From Octopus sinensis (Eukaryota), in contig NC_043007.1 of assembly GCF_006345805.1 (NCBI RefSeq), forward strand, positions 56,110,001 to 56,174,000: a stretch of 64,000 bases of DNA, given 5' to 3'. The position numbers and the translations under genes are program-made. Each line of letters begins with the position of its first letter. The stretch's first letter is position 1. The notes beneath the pieces are model-generated. The model was given only the letters and a program-made list of their open reading frames with translations, did not search any database and was not told the DNA's origin. This document shows, one piece after another, positions 12,711-25,343 of this stretch.

Positions 12711-14254
12711 GTCTACACAACCATATATACATTTTGATACCCATAGAACTACATATACATCCCAATGTTTACACAACTACGTGAAATTTACAGGCCACAC
12801 ACTCATGCACATGAAAGCACGTGTCACAAACGAAGCAAAAACAAAATCAAAACTTTCTTTTTTCTTCTTATTTTACATTCATTTTTTTCGAACTAACACA
12901 GACAGAGTGAACCATTCATAAGTTTAAAAAACACCACAATAAAAAAATAACTATGTTCGGAGATAAATCTATCAACAAAAAAATACAGACGAATACAGAT
13001 CTGCTAGCCTTGAGAAGCTACGCTACGAGCGATGTTTACATGCAGAGAACACGGAGACGGTGTTGTCGCAAAACATTAACCCTAAACTGACAGATCCGTC
13101 TCCTAATGTAAGCGTGGAAGGTCGTCATGCCTCACTGTTAACAAAACAAATTACAAACGGCAATGGTCATCGATCGGATTACAAAAGACTACATACTCGA
13201 ATGTTGAACCAGATTCTGGTCGAAAAATCAGCTACTGGTTCAAATCTTCCCAACACACAGGAGCTGGACGTACCCCACAACAGGAATATTCTAACAGATG
13301 GCCATCCATGCCCGTCATCAAAAGAAAAAGAATGGAAAATGGTCTAGGGAAGATAATAAAGAAGTTCTTACGGCCTTCTACCATGTCATATATTTCCCCA
13401 AAAATAAATCTAATACTGTACAAACCTACTTAAACTGGAGACAGAAACACCCTGAAGTAAGACCCTACATAGACAGTAACAAACTTGCCAACGTCAGAAG
13501 AAACATTATAAAAACAAAATACTGATTGACCAAATTAAATAAGCAGTAACAGATAAAATGAACGAAGCTGCAGCTAAAGTAGATAATACAGAGGAAATAA
13601 TTATAGACCAGCCGAGGGCTGATAAAAATGCAGTAAGGATTGAAAGAGTTAGTATAAGTGATATGCAAAGTGAAATACTCCCTCAACCAACACTAAGACA
13701 TATGAACATCAAATAGATGAAGAAATTCAATCAAATATTGACCCAACGGAACTAGATGAGCTAAAAATTCAAATCATGATTGAATGGCTGAAAATTAAAG
13801 AAACCAGTATGGATGAACATGATACACTCCCCAAAATCCGCAACTCTAACCAAAACATGAAAATAATTGGTTAAATCCGCCTTGCACTTAAGTATATAAT
13901 TTCAGCTAATGATGTTGACATCACAGATCTCAACCACATGTTCTATGCATCCACGAAAATCTCAACGATTCTATGTGGTGAAAAGATTAGAAAACGGCAA
14001 CATTCTCACAAAAAGTCTTCTTGGCAAGAGCGTATCCAACAACAAATTAAACTACTTAGGTCTGACATTAAATATTTGAAAAACCTTAAGGTTGACAAGA
14101 CTACCAAACCTACAAAAACCCCAAAATTAATGAAAAAATATATGAAAGCTATACTTGATATTGATGCCACCATAGAAACCATCAAGCAAAAGGTATCTGC
14201 TAAAGCTGCCCGCATAGCGAGGTATGAAAAGCGTGTTAGATTCTTCAAGGACAA

Positions 14255-14427
14255 CATGTTCAAAAATAACCCCAAAAATTTTTTACAGGAAGATAGGGAA
14301 AACAATAGTTACTGTAAAGTCTGTACCATCAAAAGAAGTGCATGTTCAAAAATAACCCCCAAAATTTTTTACAGGAAGATAGGGAAAACAATAGTTACTG
14401 TAAAGTCTGTACCATCAAAAGAAGTGC
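14255..14427 (+). repeat. 86-bp direct tandem duplication inside the Dong-like ORF
   Basis: catgttcaaaaataacccc...tcaaaagaagtgc occurs at both 14255 and 14341. Confidence 0.95.
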
Positions 14428-15624
14428 AGGGATTTTGGAATAAAATTTGGGTAGAAGAAAAAACACAAAATGAAAAGGCCCCTTGGACTCATTAAAGGAG
14501 CAAAAGTGGGAGTGTGTCAAGGTAGAAGTTATAAGATCTGCTCTCATGAGGTCAAGCAAATGTAAGTCTCCAGGAAGAATGAAATTCCTAACTTCTGATG
14601 AATGCCTTCCCAGAGAGCCATGTACTGCTAACAGAACTTTACAAAGGAAAAATAACAGAAACATCTAACGTTAACCGTGGCCAGCAGAATGTCATAAAAG
14701 AGTTAGAGCTAGCGGAGAGCTACAAGTACCTAGGGGTAATTGAAGGGGACAGAATAAAGCATTCAGTGATGAAGGAAAGGATCAGGAGAGAATGTTATTG
14801 CAGAGTAAGAGCAATACTCAAGACAGAGCTGAATGCGAGAAACGGGATCGAAGCGATCAATGCTTTAGCCATACCAGTCGTGACTTACAGTTTCCATATC
14901 GTTAACTGGTCAATTACTGAAATATTTAATCTTGACAGAAAAATACGAAAACTGTTGGCAGTGCATAGAATGCACCAACCTAAGGCAGATATAGAACGAC
15001 TTTATCTGCCAAGAAAAGAGGGAGGCTGTGGACTTTTACAACTGTCAATAACAATGAAGATTGCTACAATTGGCTTAGACACCTACCTGAAAAACTCTTA
15101 GGACTGGATGTTAAAACTTGTCTCAAAACATGAAAACAAGAAAGCAACATATTCAGTAACAAAACAGGCAAAGGAATATCTAAATGAGTTCCGAATACAA
15201 CAAATTTCGGAATTAGATATACAAGAAAAAAGCGTAGAAAAAGCTAAGCGCATGAAAACCCGTGCTAAAGCTGCTGTCTTAGATATTCTACTTGATAAAT
15301 GGCAAGACAAAATTCTAAATTGCAACTACCCAAAGAGAGCGAATAATGCAGATGTTGACAAAGCCCTGACCCATCAATGGCTAATGGCCTCTGGCTTAAA
15401 ATCTGAAACAGAAGGGTTTATCATAGCAGCTCAAGATCAGTGCCTACCTACAAGGAACTACCAGGCCAAAATATATTAAAGAACGGCAGTAGCCCAACAT
15501 AAATTCAAAAGATATTGTTCCTGGGAACTGCTCATGTCCTACGCAAAATACTTTCTATGTAATCTCAAGTTTTAAACCAAACATAATTTTCGTATGGTTT
15601 TTTAAGCATTCACTAATACAACAC

Positions 15625-16007
15625 TGGGATGCACTCCGTCGGTTACGACGACGAGGGTTCCGGTTGATCCGATCAACAGAACAGCCTGCTCGTGAAATTA
15701 ACGTGTAAGTGGCTGAGCACTCCACAGACACGTGTATCCTTAACGTAGTTCTCGGGGATATTCAGCGTGACACAGAGAGTGACAAGGCCGGCCCTTTGAA
15801 ATACAGGTACAACAGAAACAGGAAGTAAGAGTGAGAGAAAGTTGTAGTGAAAGAGTACAGCAGGGATCACCACCATCCCTGCCGGAGCCTCGTGGAGCTT
15901 TAGGTGTTTTCGCTCAATAAACACTCACAACGCCCGGTCTGGGAATCGAAACCGCGATCCTACGACCGCGAGTCCGCTGCCCTAACCACTGGGCCATTGC
16001 GCCTCCA
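15625..16007 (-). mobile_element. tRNA-derived SINE (family C) inserted into the Dong-like 3' UTR
   Basis: Head (reverse complement) ggaggcgcaatggcccagtggttagggcagcggactcgcggtcgtaggatcgcggtttcgattccc; TSD ta[a/g]tacaacac at 15614-15624 and 16008-16018. Confidence 0.88.
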
Positions 16008-17384
16008 TAGTACAACACTAAGTGCAAAACCAAATATATGGCACCCTAGGCATAACAGCAACATGAACTTCCAACTTTTTGTCTCTTGAGGTCTCTGGGT
16101 GAGACTTGGAGCCAACTTGTACAAATGTAAAGCAAATGTCAAACATAGAATAATTATAATATTAATAATGATAATAATAATAATAAAAGATGTATGTGTG
16201 CGTAACGATATACACATACACACACACATATAAATAAACATAAATGTAAATATATATAAATAAAAATATATATAAAGATGTCCTAGAGAGGGTAAAAGGT
16301 GTCTGGATGGCCGGCAGTCACTGTGGGTATGTTATACGTCTCGTTCCACCGTATATTGTGTTCTTAATGAAACATGTCTGAGAATGGTGTATACACATCA
16401 ATTATGATACAAATATATGTAGTAGAAGCAGTATTAAATTAAAAATGTCATATGCGCATCATATTTAATGCAATTATATAACGAAAGGCAAATCAAATGT
16501 AATATTCGACCGGAGATAACATGTCTTCTGGACTTCACCAGTCATTTTTATGTTGCGTAAATTCAAGCGCTTCTTAAAACTTTTAAACCAGAGTTTACTA
16601 ACTAGGAAAATCTTTTGCTTTTGTATAAGAAGTTTCAGCTTCCCTTTTCTGGAAATCCTAATGAAAACTTTTGATAATGTTAACTACTATCATGCTTAAC
16701 ATACATTGCATAGAATCTGGCCCTCGTCCCATACACCCAACAACCGTTCCATTTTTAAGCAGGACATTAGATTGTGAAAAGAATTGTGAGCCAAGCAGTT
16801 AATGGAGTAACTTCTTGAACAATTGATTTAATTTTCTCTCTATTGTCACCAATTGTTTTTTCAGTACATGTTGCGTGCTTTAATGTTTTGTCAATGATTC
16901 TCCCACATAAAGCCTTTTGAAAACATCAAGATTACTTTCGGTATAATACCTTTACTATTCCTTATTGCACTACTACTCTGTGATCTGCTTGGTGTCTTCA
17001 TTCTAAGACATCTTGAATTATAAGTAATTCCAACAGCGGTAGCGATCATCAATTATCAACATCAAATCTGTAGAAAAATGTTGCATCAGGAAAGAATTGT
17101 TTTATGAGAAAAAATTGTTGTTTAATTTCTTTAGACGTAAAAAGAATCTGAGAGGTTCATTGCACCTCACTCTGAACTTAAAACTAAGATACCGACGTAC
17201 TACTAACAAACACATACACACCTTACGCACAAATACACTCTCAAATACACCCAACATTTTGCTGATATACAACAGATATAGCTAAAAACATTGCTATCAT
17301 ACTGTTGTTGTTTTTGTCATTCGGTTATTCAAAAGTTGGTGGAATGGTAGGCCAGATGATGTCGATTGTATTGGTTTAGGTTTT

Positions 17385-17520
17385 GGTGATGGTGGTGATG
17401 GTGATAATGATGATGGTGATATGATGGCAATGATGATGATAGTGATGGTGGTGATGGTGGTGGTGGTGGTGGTGGTGATGATAGTGATGGTGATGACGGT
17501 GATGGTGATAGTGTATGGTG
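17385..17520. repeat. (GGT)/(GAT) mixed trinucleotide repeat
   Basis: Direct sequence. Confidence 0.93.
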
Positions 17521-17844
17521 GTAGCGCGGTTACATTTTTCTCCATTTGTTTTGTTTTGCCTTCTTAATCGCAAACCTCATTGACCTAAAATCAGTCATCA
17601 ACTTTTAAAATACACTAGGGAACCATCATTTTCTTATGTGATTGCCTTTTACTTTAAATGGAATGGCTCACTTTGTTCATAAAGATGTTGATGCTCTCTG
17701 TTTGGTCTTTAAGAAATTGGTAGGTTGGTAATGGAGATGAAAGTATTACAGAGTCTGGTATTAATATTGTTCAATTGACGCTGCTGATAGATAGTTGTGG
17801 TGGCGAAAGTTAACTTAGACACGTAGAAATAGAGATAGAAAGAT

Positions 17845-17885
<41 letters not shown>

Positions 17886-18247
17886 TATACTCATTGTGAA
17901 TCAAGGAAATATACACATATATTCACAGAGACATACACAAATACTTGCATTCAAACACACACACACATACACACACCACGAACACACACGCATTTATGTG
18001 TCGTGATTATAGCTTTTCAAATTGGATCTGAGATAAAACATCAAGAAGTGGCCTTTATACGAAGAAGACTTTTCAAAAATTTATCTGAATTTCTTTACGC
18101 ACCCAAAAGACCCAACACTGACACATACGGGAGTACGTCATTATAAACGAAACTTCCCCAATACTAAATAGGAAATATACATAGCAGATATCATACCCCC
18201 ATACCCACAGTTTACATAGATAGAGTAGAATGGAGAGCTGTTATGTA

Positions 18248-19543
18248 TCAGGTCATCCTCATAAGTTCTGTCTGATTTTACCTTTTTTAAAATTGAATGA
18301 AAGTTAATAGTATTTTAGAATGTCTAATGGAATTAAAATTATTTTTATGCATTTGTGTACATTTAAACTAATTAAATATTATTTTACAGGATAATAGATA
18401 ATTATTTTACAGGATAAAATTTCTTTGATTAAAACCCTTTCTAACATGAAAGTATCCAAAGAGCATTTGAGGCACATAATGCTTTATGAGTACAAAAAAA
18501 GGAAACTCTGCAGCCGAAGCGACTCGGATCATAAACTCAGTTTATGGGAAAGAATGCTTGAATGAAAGAACTTGCAGAAGATGGTTTGCAAAATTCAGAA
18601 GTGGAGATTTTAGCCTTGAAGATGAAGATCGAACAGGACGTCCAGTTGAGTTTGATGATAAGCTCCTTGAAGCATTACTTGAAAAAAATCCTGCATTATC
18701 AGTTGAAGAATTGGCAATAAAGCTTAGTTCAATCCATACAACCGTTCATCATCATCTTCAACAACTTGGAAAGGTTCCTATACTTGGAAAATGGCTGCCT
18801 CATGAATTGTCCGAAAGCAACCGCAAATTCCGAGTTGACATCTGCTTTTCTCTCCATTCTCACGAACTCATTTCACACTTTTTGGATTGACTTGTGACTG
18901 GTGACGAAAAATGGATCTTCTATCGAAATGTTAAACGTCGTAAACAGTGGCTTGGTAAAAGGAAAAAGCTCAACCACAACCGAAAAGGGAACTTCATGAG
19001 AAAAAGATTTTTCTCTCTATCTGGTAGGATTGCAAAGGAGTAATTCACTTTGAATTGTTACCACTTAATGCAACAATCAATGATCAAGTCTACCGTCAGC
19101 AATTAGAACGTTTGGACCAAGCTTTGAAGAAAAAAAGACCCGGTTTGGTGAATCGAAAAAGAATGATGTTTCATCAGGACAATGCGTGACCCTACACTGC
19201 ACAAATCACATCACAGAAGATCGAAGAGCTTGGTTGGGAAAATAACTCATCATCCAACTTATTCTCCCGACATTGCTCCTTCAGACTACCATTTGTTCCG
19301 TAGTTTACGGAATCATTTGGGGGACATAACTATCGCGAGCCAGAAGGAAGTCGAAACTGACATTTCAGAGTTCTTCGCTTTGAAACCAAAAGAATTTTAG
19401 ATTAATGGGATTAAAATGCATGTAAATAGATGGAAGGAAGTCATAGATAGTCAGGGGAAGTACATTGATGATTAGATTTCAATTAAATATAACATTTGAT
19501 CACTTGGTTTCTTTATTCGGAAAGAACTTATGGGATGACCTGA
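18248..19543 (+). mobile_element. Full-length mariner (Tc1/mariner, DD34D) DNA transposon
   Basis: TIRs tcaggtcatcctcataagttct / agaacttatgggatgacctga, TA on both flanks, length about 1.3 kb. Confidence 0.95.
18446..19475 (+). pseudogene. Mariner transposase pseudogene
   Basis: MKVSKEHLRHIMLYEY, SGDFSLEDEDRTGRP, WLPHEL, VTGDEKWIFY, HQDNA, HPTYSPDIAPSDYHLF; several frameshifts and stops. Confidence 0.95.
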
Positions 19544-20526
19544 TAGATAGTTGTATGTGTGTGAATGGGGTGGGGTATGTATATATGTGTATATGCACAT
19601 GTATGTAAGCATATGGATATGAAAATAAACATATCAACATACAGACAGATAGGTACATAGGTTATATGAACAGACAAGCACACAAACGCAAATGGAGACT
19701 GAAACGCATGACCATATATACACACACACTTTACTTAACACAAGTACACATATGGAGATGCACATCCATGCATACAAACACGGTACATAGTGGCAAAACA
19801 CACACACACAGGCACTCAGACATGCACACACAAGGAGACAGAGGTGCATATATATACAGACACACACACATACATAAAAAATACACACAGACATGCAAGC
19901 ACATGAATATGCAGAATACATACACACAGATGTACACACATACATACATATATACATACATATATACATACACACACATACATACATGCATACATACATG
20001 CATGCATGCATGTTTAGGCACACATACACACACACTGACCCACACACATGCGCACAAACAAACAAAAAAGGAACGCAGTGTAAATAACGAACAGAGTTAA
20101 GACTATTGAAAAGGTTGCAAGATGCAAAGAAAATTTTAGGAAAATAAAAATAAAGAACATGTGAACATTTTACTGGTGAGTGTGTTAAATTTTAAGGCAC
20201 AAAAAGAAAATGACTCTCCCTAGACACAACAGAATATGCTTCAACACACGAACTCACATAAAGAATCCCCAAACCAAATCCCAAAACGAAATACAATTAT
20301 AGAGCATATCCCCAAATTCCTTATTACACTTTACAATGTCTGTAGGCGTGAAAACCCATAGTCTGAGGTAGCCAATATGTATGTATGTATGTATGTATGT
20401 AGTATGTATGTATGTATGTATGTAGTATGTATGTATGTATTATGTATGTATGTATGTATGTATATATATATATATATTATATATATATATATTATATATA
20501 TATATATATATACACATACATATATA

Positions 20527-23500
20527 CATCATCATCATCATTATTCGACCGTGGTCGAGACAATGGAATTTACCATGCTACGCCAGACTTCGCGGTCCAT
20601 CATGGCATTACGGAGGTCCTGTTGCTGGATGCCTGTATCCCTGGAGATTACATCAGAGTAGGAGAGTGTGCGCCCTCTGGTATTGCGAGTAGATGGCTTC
20701 CAGAGGAGAAGAGCAGAAATTACCTCTTTTTCACCTCTACAACAATATCCAGCAAACTGGACTCTCCTACCTTTCACAAGAGATGACACAGGTGGTAGTT
20801 TCCCATATGTTTGCATTTTGGTTGGATGGCGCTTCCACGAGAGATTTTGAGCTCTCATAAGGAGGCGAGTGTAGGTTCCATCCAACCGCCTCTCAAGCTT
20901 CTTGGATAATGTCCAGGTTTCTGAGCCATATAGTAGAATTGGTTCGACTGTGGCTTTGAAGATTTCAAGTTTGAAGTCTCTACTTAGATTTGATGACCAG
21001 ATCTTATGCATGTCATTACAGGCTGACCAGGCCATACCCTTTCTAGTTAGAAAGTATTTTCCAGATGATGATATGTATGACCCAAGATATTTGTAATCAG
21101 AAACCATATTTAAGGGCGCATTGTTGAGAGTATGTATGATGCAATCACTGTTGGACAGGCACTTGTTTATGTATTCAGTCTTGGCCTCATTGAGGTAAAG
21201 ACCTACGCAATTTGAGGTTTGTTCAAGAGATTGTAAAAGAGACTGGGCATTGGAGAGAGAATCACTGATAAGAGCGATGTCGTCAGCAAAGTCAGTGTCT
21301 GTCAAGTACTCAGCTGGGTGTCTGGAACTTCTTCTTGGTTTTATTTCAAAGCCCTTGCCAGAGATGGTATCAACTGATATACGTAGCACATAATCAACAA
21401 CAATGATGAAAAGAAATGGGGCGAGTATGTCTCCCTGCAGTATTCCGGCTTTGATTGAGAAAGTTGATGTTTTTCCGTCAGGGGTTAAGATGGTTGAAGA
21501 CGTATCTGTGTAGAGGACCTTGATGGCAGAAATGATTTTGTCTATTATCCCATAGAGCTTAAGGATTTCAAACATCTTGTACCTATCTACAGAATCGAAC
21601 GCTTTAGAAAAGTCTACAAATACCATTGCAAGATCGCGATTAAATGCTTTTGATTCTTCAATAAGTCTGCTCAGCGTTGAGCGCCCATGTATGAATCCAT
21701 TTTGGTTCTTTCGGAGCAAAGGTTCAACAAAAAGGACAAGACGATTTAGGATCAGTTTGTTGTACAGTTTTGCAGCAATTGACATTAGAGATATACCCCT
21801 GTAGTTGGTGACGAGGGATAAATCGCCTTTTTTGGGTATTGGGATGATTTGAGATTGGTGCCAAATCTTTGGAGCGACAAAGGTGGAAAGTGTGTGGTTG
21901 CAGAGGTTGAGCAAAAGTGTGTGAAATCTATCATCCTTCCAAATTATAGCTGGGATGTTGTCGGGACCAAATGCTTTCGAGGCTTTTAGTTGCTTGGTGG
22001 CTGCTGTTAGTTCAAATATGGTAATAGGGGAGGTGTTGATGTCCAGCGTGTCTGATATAGGCACACTTGGAAGAGTGGGGTTATCAGGGATTTTGGCATT
22101 CTTCCCAAGGAGGTTTTTAAAATGGGTTGACCAATTTTCTAAACGCTTCTTAGCTGATCCCCCTTTAATTCTAATTGATGACCCAGAATTTTTGCCTGAT
22201 AGGTCTTTGATGTATTTCCAGGCAAGATGGTGTTTTTTACTAATGTGCTCTTTGGATAGTTTTCTAATTTTGCCATTGATAAAGTCGACCTCGGCGTTCA
22301 AGTAAGCGTCATCAAGATTCTTCTTGGCAGCTATGAGTTGGATCTTCAGTGACTGGGATGGAGAACGGTGGTAAGCTAGTGATATAGACTTTAGATGGTT
22401 TCTGGCTTCGATGACATTTGGGGAATTAGAAGGTTTGCTCTGGCCCCTACTCTTCTTTTTGGGAAGAGTAGCCAGTGCAGCTTCCTCTGTTGATTTGATG
22501 AGGCTGCTGTATACTTCTTCAATGTTCTCAGCATCTATTTCAGAAGTAGACAAAGATTGAAATGTGTTATAGACCTCAATAGTAAATTGTTTGGACATAT
22601 CGGGGTTAGATAAGACTTCCTCCCTGTCGATCGTTTTCATCGGGTGAGGCTTAGCTTTTTTGGATGAGCGAAGACTAAGCTTAACGGTAGCTGATACAAT
22701 TCTGTGGTCAGAGCCGACAGAACTAAAGGAAGAGTAGGATCTCGAGTTTTTAACACTATTGCGCCACTTCTTTCGAAAGATGAGGTAGTCAATATGTGCC
22801 CTATCACCAAGTGGGGACTCAAATGTCCAAAGTTGACCTTTTGGTTTCATAAAAGAATTGTTGGAGGTGTAGAGATTAAATACCTCCAAGAAGTCTTTAA
22901 GCATTTTTCCGTTCCGATTAGTTTTAGAGTTGAAAGTAAACTTGGTCTCATCGGGTCCTAGTCTAGCATTCAGATCACCAGCTATAACTAGAAAATTATG
23001 GAGAGGTACTTGCTCAATGGTTGAACAAAGGGTTGTATAAAAATTCTCAATCTCGTCTGCCACAGACGAATTATGTGGGCTATACACACATACCAATGTT
23101 GTTTTCGGGTTTCCATCTATCTCAAGCACCATAATTCTAGGTGAGATTGACTCTATACTCAAGAGAGTATCACTGGCTTTTGATGAAAGTAGAAATCCGA
23201 TACCTCCAACTGTTGAATTAACAGTATTCTTTGATGCTGAGGAGGTTACAAGTTGATAAGAACCGACTTGATGGTATTTGAGGATGTTGTCAGGGTGGTA
23301 AAATCGGTGTTCTTGGACAGCTATTATATCAATGCCATGTGATTCTGCATTTGCACCAAGTTCTTCTATACGGCCAAGAGAGCCGAGGGTGCGGGCATTG
23401 AAGGTGCTGAGTATCGTATGATTTTTACAGCTGATGAGGTGTTTGTTTGGTGTTGTTTGGTTGGGAGCTGACTCTTCTCCATCAGGTGATACCCGTCTGT

Positions 23501-23669
23501 TAAGATTGAGGGCATCACCGTCAATGGATGCCCTTGGAGGTGCAACGTGATCAGAGACAGGACCCGGCAGAGCAGGGGCTGGACCTACATCCGCAGGTAT
23601 ACCATTAGGTCTGGTTCCCTGGGGAAGAGGAACCCTGGTGCAGTTAATTGTAAATTCCAGTCTTTTCAT
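20527..23669 (-). mobile_element. RTE-clade LINE with a (TGA)n tail, embedded in dinucleotide microsatellites
   Basis: A single long ORF whose stop codon abuts taatgatgatgatgatg; flanked by (TA)n/(CA)n/(TATG)n. Confidence 0.9.
20541..23669 (-). CDS. APE endonuclease + reverse transcriptase polyprotein (1042 aa from the ATG at 23669)
   Basis: EN motifs FNARTL, AVQEH, GDLNA, HIDY, SDH; RT motifs [43 protein letters not shown]. The first 24 aa of the track ORF are microsatellite. Confidence 0.92.
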   Translation of the reverse strand: MKRLEFTINCTRVPLPQGTRPNGIPADVGPAPALPGPVSDHVAPPRASIDGDALNLNRRVSPDGEESAPNQTTPNKHLISCKNHTILSTFNARTLGSLGRIEELGANAESHGIDIIAVQEHRFYHPDNILKYHQVGSYQLVTSSASKNTVNSTVGGIGFLLSSKASDTLLSIESISPRIMVLEIDGNPKTTLVCVYSPHNSSVADEIENFYTTLCSTIEQVPLHNFLVIAGDLNARLGPDETKFTFNSKTNRNGKMLKDFLEVFNLYTSNNSFMKPKGQLWTFESPLGDRAHIDYLIFRKKWRNSVKNSRSYSSFSSVGSDHRIVSATVKLSLRSSKKAKPHPMKTIDREEVLSNPDMSKQFTIEVYNTFQSLSTSEIDAENIEEVYSSLIKSTEEAALATLPKKKSRGQSKPSNSPNVIEARNHLKSISLAYHRSPSQSLKIQLIAAKKNLDDAYLNAEVDFINGKIRKLSKEHISKKHHLAWKYIKDLSGKNSGSSIRIKGGSAKKRLENWSTHFKNLLGKNAKIPDNPTLPSVPISDTLDINTSPITIFELTAATKQLKASKAFGPDNIPAIIWKDDRFHTLLLNLCNHTLSTFVAPKIWHQSQIIPIPKKGDLSLVTNYRGISLMSIAAKLYNKLILNRLVLFVEPLLRKNQNGFIHGRSTLSRLIEESKAFNRDLAMVFVDFSKAFDSVDRYKMFEILKLYGIIDKIISAIKVLYTDTSSTILTPDGKTSTFSIKAGILQGDILAPFLFIIVVDYVLRISVDTISGKGFEIKPRRSSRHPAEYLTDTDFADDIALISDSLSNAQSLLQSLEQTSNCVGLYLNEAKTEYINKCLSNSDCIIHTLNNAPLNMVSDYKYLGSYISSSGKYFLTRKGMAWSACNDMHKIWSSNLSRDFKLEIFKATVEPILLYGSETWTLSKKLERRLDGTYTRLLMRAQNLSWKRHPTKMQTYGKLPPVSSLVKGRRVQFAGYCCRGEKEVISALLLWKPSTRNTRGRTLSYSDVISRDTGIQQQDLRNAMMDREVWRSMVNSIVSTTVE

Positions 23670-23739
23670 ATATACACACACACATACACATATATGTATA
23701 TATACATGCATATATATGTATATCCATACATATATATAC

Positions 23740-23777
<38 letters not shown>

Positions 23778-23778
23778 A

Positions 23779-23809
<31 letters not shown>

Positions 23810-23814
23810 ATCTA

Positions 23815-23873
<59 letters not shown>

Positions 23874-24086
23874 AACAAAATAAAAGGTGGCTTATTAGCA
23901 ATTAGAGCCTAAAGGCAAAATTTATTTTACGACCGCCATTAATTTTGCCATTAGATTCTAATTGCTAATAAGCCACACTTTGAATTTGTTGTTTACACTT
24001 TTACTGCTTTGAAAATCAGCACATATTTTCAACGGTTTTTCTAATAAGATTGACACAGGAGGTTGAGTTTAACCCTAGGCGTTAAG

Positions 24087-24137
24087 CGCCGCTGATGAGA
24101 ATGTGGTCTACACCAAAATTGCAAATCGCGATACGGC
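24087..24137 (+). ncRNA. Degenerate minimal hammerhead ribozyme
   Basis: GCCG CTGATGA GAAT...ATT GCAAA TCGCGA TA CGGC: 4-bp stem I and palindromic ATCGCGAT stem III, but the expected CGAAA appears as GCAAA. Confidence 0.55.
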
Positions 24138-24264
24138 AATATACATTAGGGACTTACTTCCCTTGGTCAGTCATTAATTATAGTGCTTTAGTGGATTTGG
24201 AGTTAATTTAACTCTTATTTTAGCATAATCAGCGCTAGTCAGTATCCTCCGTCACTTTTGTGAC

Positions 24265-24332
<68 letters not shown>

Positions 24333-24366
24333 TTATCTATCTATCTATTTATCTGTCTATCTATCA

Positions 24367-24407
<41 letters not shown>

Positions 24408-24514
24408 AAAACATACATACATAAATACACATACACACACACACATACATATATAAAGTAAAGACTTTTTGCAAAAACAATGTGGCAGTCCTGCATATTT
24501 GGCATTAGAAATTA

Positions 24515-25106
24515 TTTCGTTTGCCCTTATTTATAAGTTGTTTATAATTCTAACCGCAAGGGTATCTTTTTAATATGCTGGCCATTGATAAAAATTTTTT
24601 TCGAAAAAATTTTAGCCTACATTAAATATAAATTTAATAGTGTTCACTTCCGGACTCTCTCACTCTGTGAGAGCCTCAGTTCAAATCGCATGTCTCTTGA
24701 ATGGGCTGGAGTATTTCTATTTTGGATGTATTTGGGGTACTTAATTGTGCTCATGACTTAGTGTTTTGCTTCTTCCATGGGTATGAGTAAGTATCTCATT
24801 TATTTCTTTGCCATATTTATCACTGACGAAGGGAGGGTTCTTATGAACTAACCCTGAAATCGGTCCGATATCGTAATAATGGAATTTTTTAGAATTTTCT
24901 GTCAGCCTTTTTTCGAGTAGCGTGCGTATTGTGAAAACTTATATGGTTATGGACAATATGTCCAATTTCGGCATATTTGAGATTATAATTTTTTTCGTTT
25001 GCCCTTATTTATAAGTTGTTTATAATTTTAACCTTAAAGGTATTTTTTTAATAAGCTGGCCATTGATAAAAATTTTTTTAGGAAGAATTTTATCCTACAT
25101 TAAATA
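24515..25106. repeat. Pair of about 114-bp direct repeats (24515-24628 and 24993-25106) flanking an HHR-containing segment
   Basis: tttcgtttgcccttatttataagttgtttataatt...cctacattaaata occurs twice, diverged. Confidence 0.88.
24818..24870 (+). ncRNA. Minimal hammerhead ribozyme (slightly decayed)
   Basis: TATCA CTGACGA AGGG...CCCT GAAA TCGG TC CGATA: canonical core and 4-bp stem II; stem III is one base from CCGG and stem I has one mismatch. Confidence 0.68.
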
Positions 25107-25126
25107 CTTATATGTATATATATATA

Positions 25127-25179
<53 letters not shown>

Positions 25180-25207
25180 TGTGTGTATATATATATATAT
25201 GTGTGTG

Positions 25208-25238
<31 letters not shown>

Positions 25239-25297
25239 GTATATGCATATAAATATACATAAATACATACATATATACAAATATACATACATAATAT

Positions 25298-25340
<43 letters not shown>

Positions 25341-25343
<3 letters not shown>

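Larger units (their letters stand above)
13000..16150 (+). mobile_element. R4/Dong-like non-LTR retrotransposon, internally deleted and decayed
   Basis: N-terminal WSREDNKEV...LANVRRNII; KQKVSAKAARIARYEKR; YKYLG; TELNARNGIEAIN; DIERLYLPRKEGGCGL; SGLKSETEGFIIAAQDQCLPTRNY; LGTAHVLRK; the 3' UTR matches the copy at 39831-40835 and ends in TAA-like repeats. The 5' boundary is approximate. Confidence 0.85.

Noticed and set aside
16560-17030. Possible decayed LINE RT fragment on the minus strand
   Set aside because: Too degenerate to support by eye.
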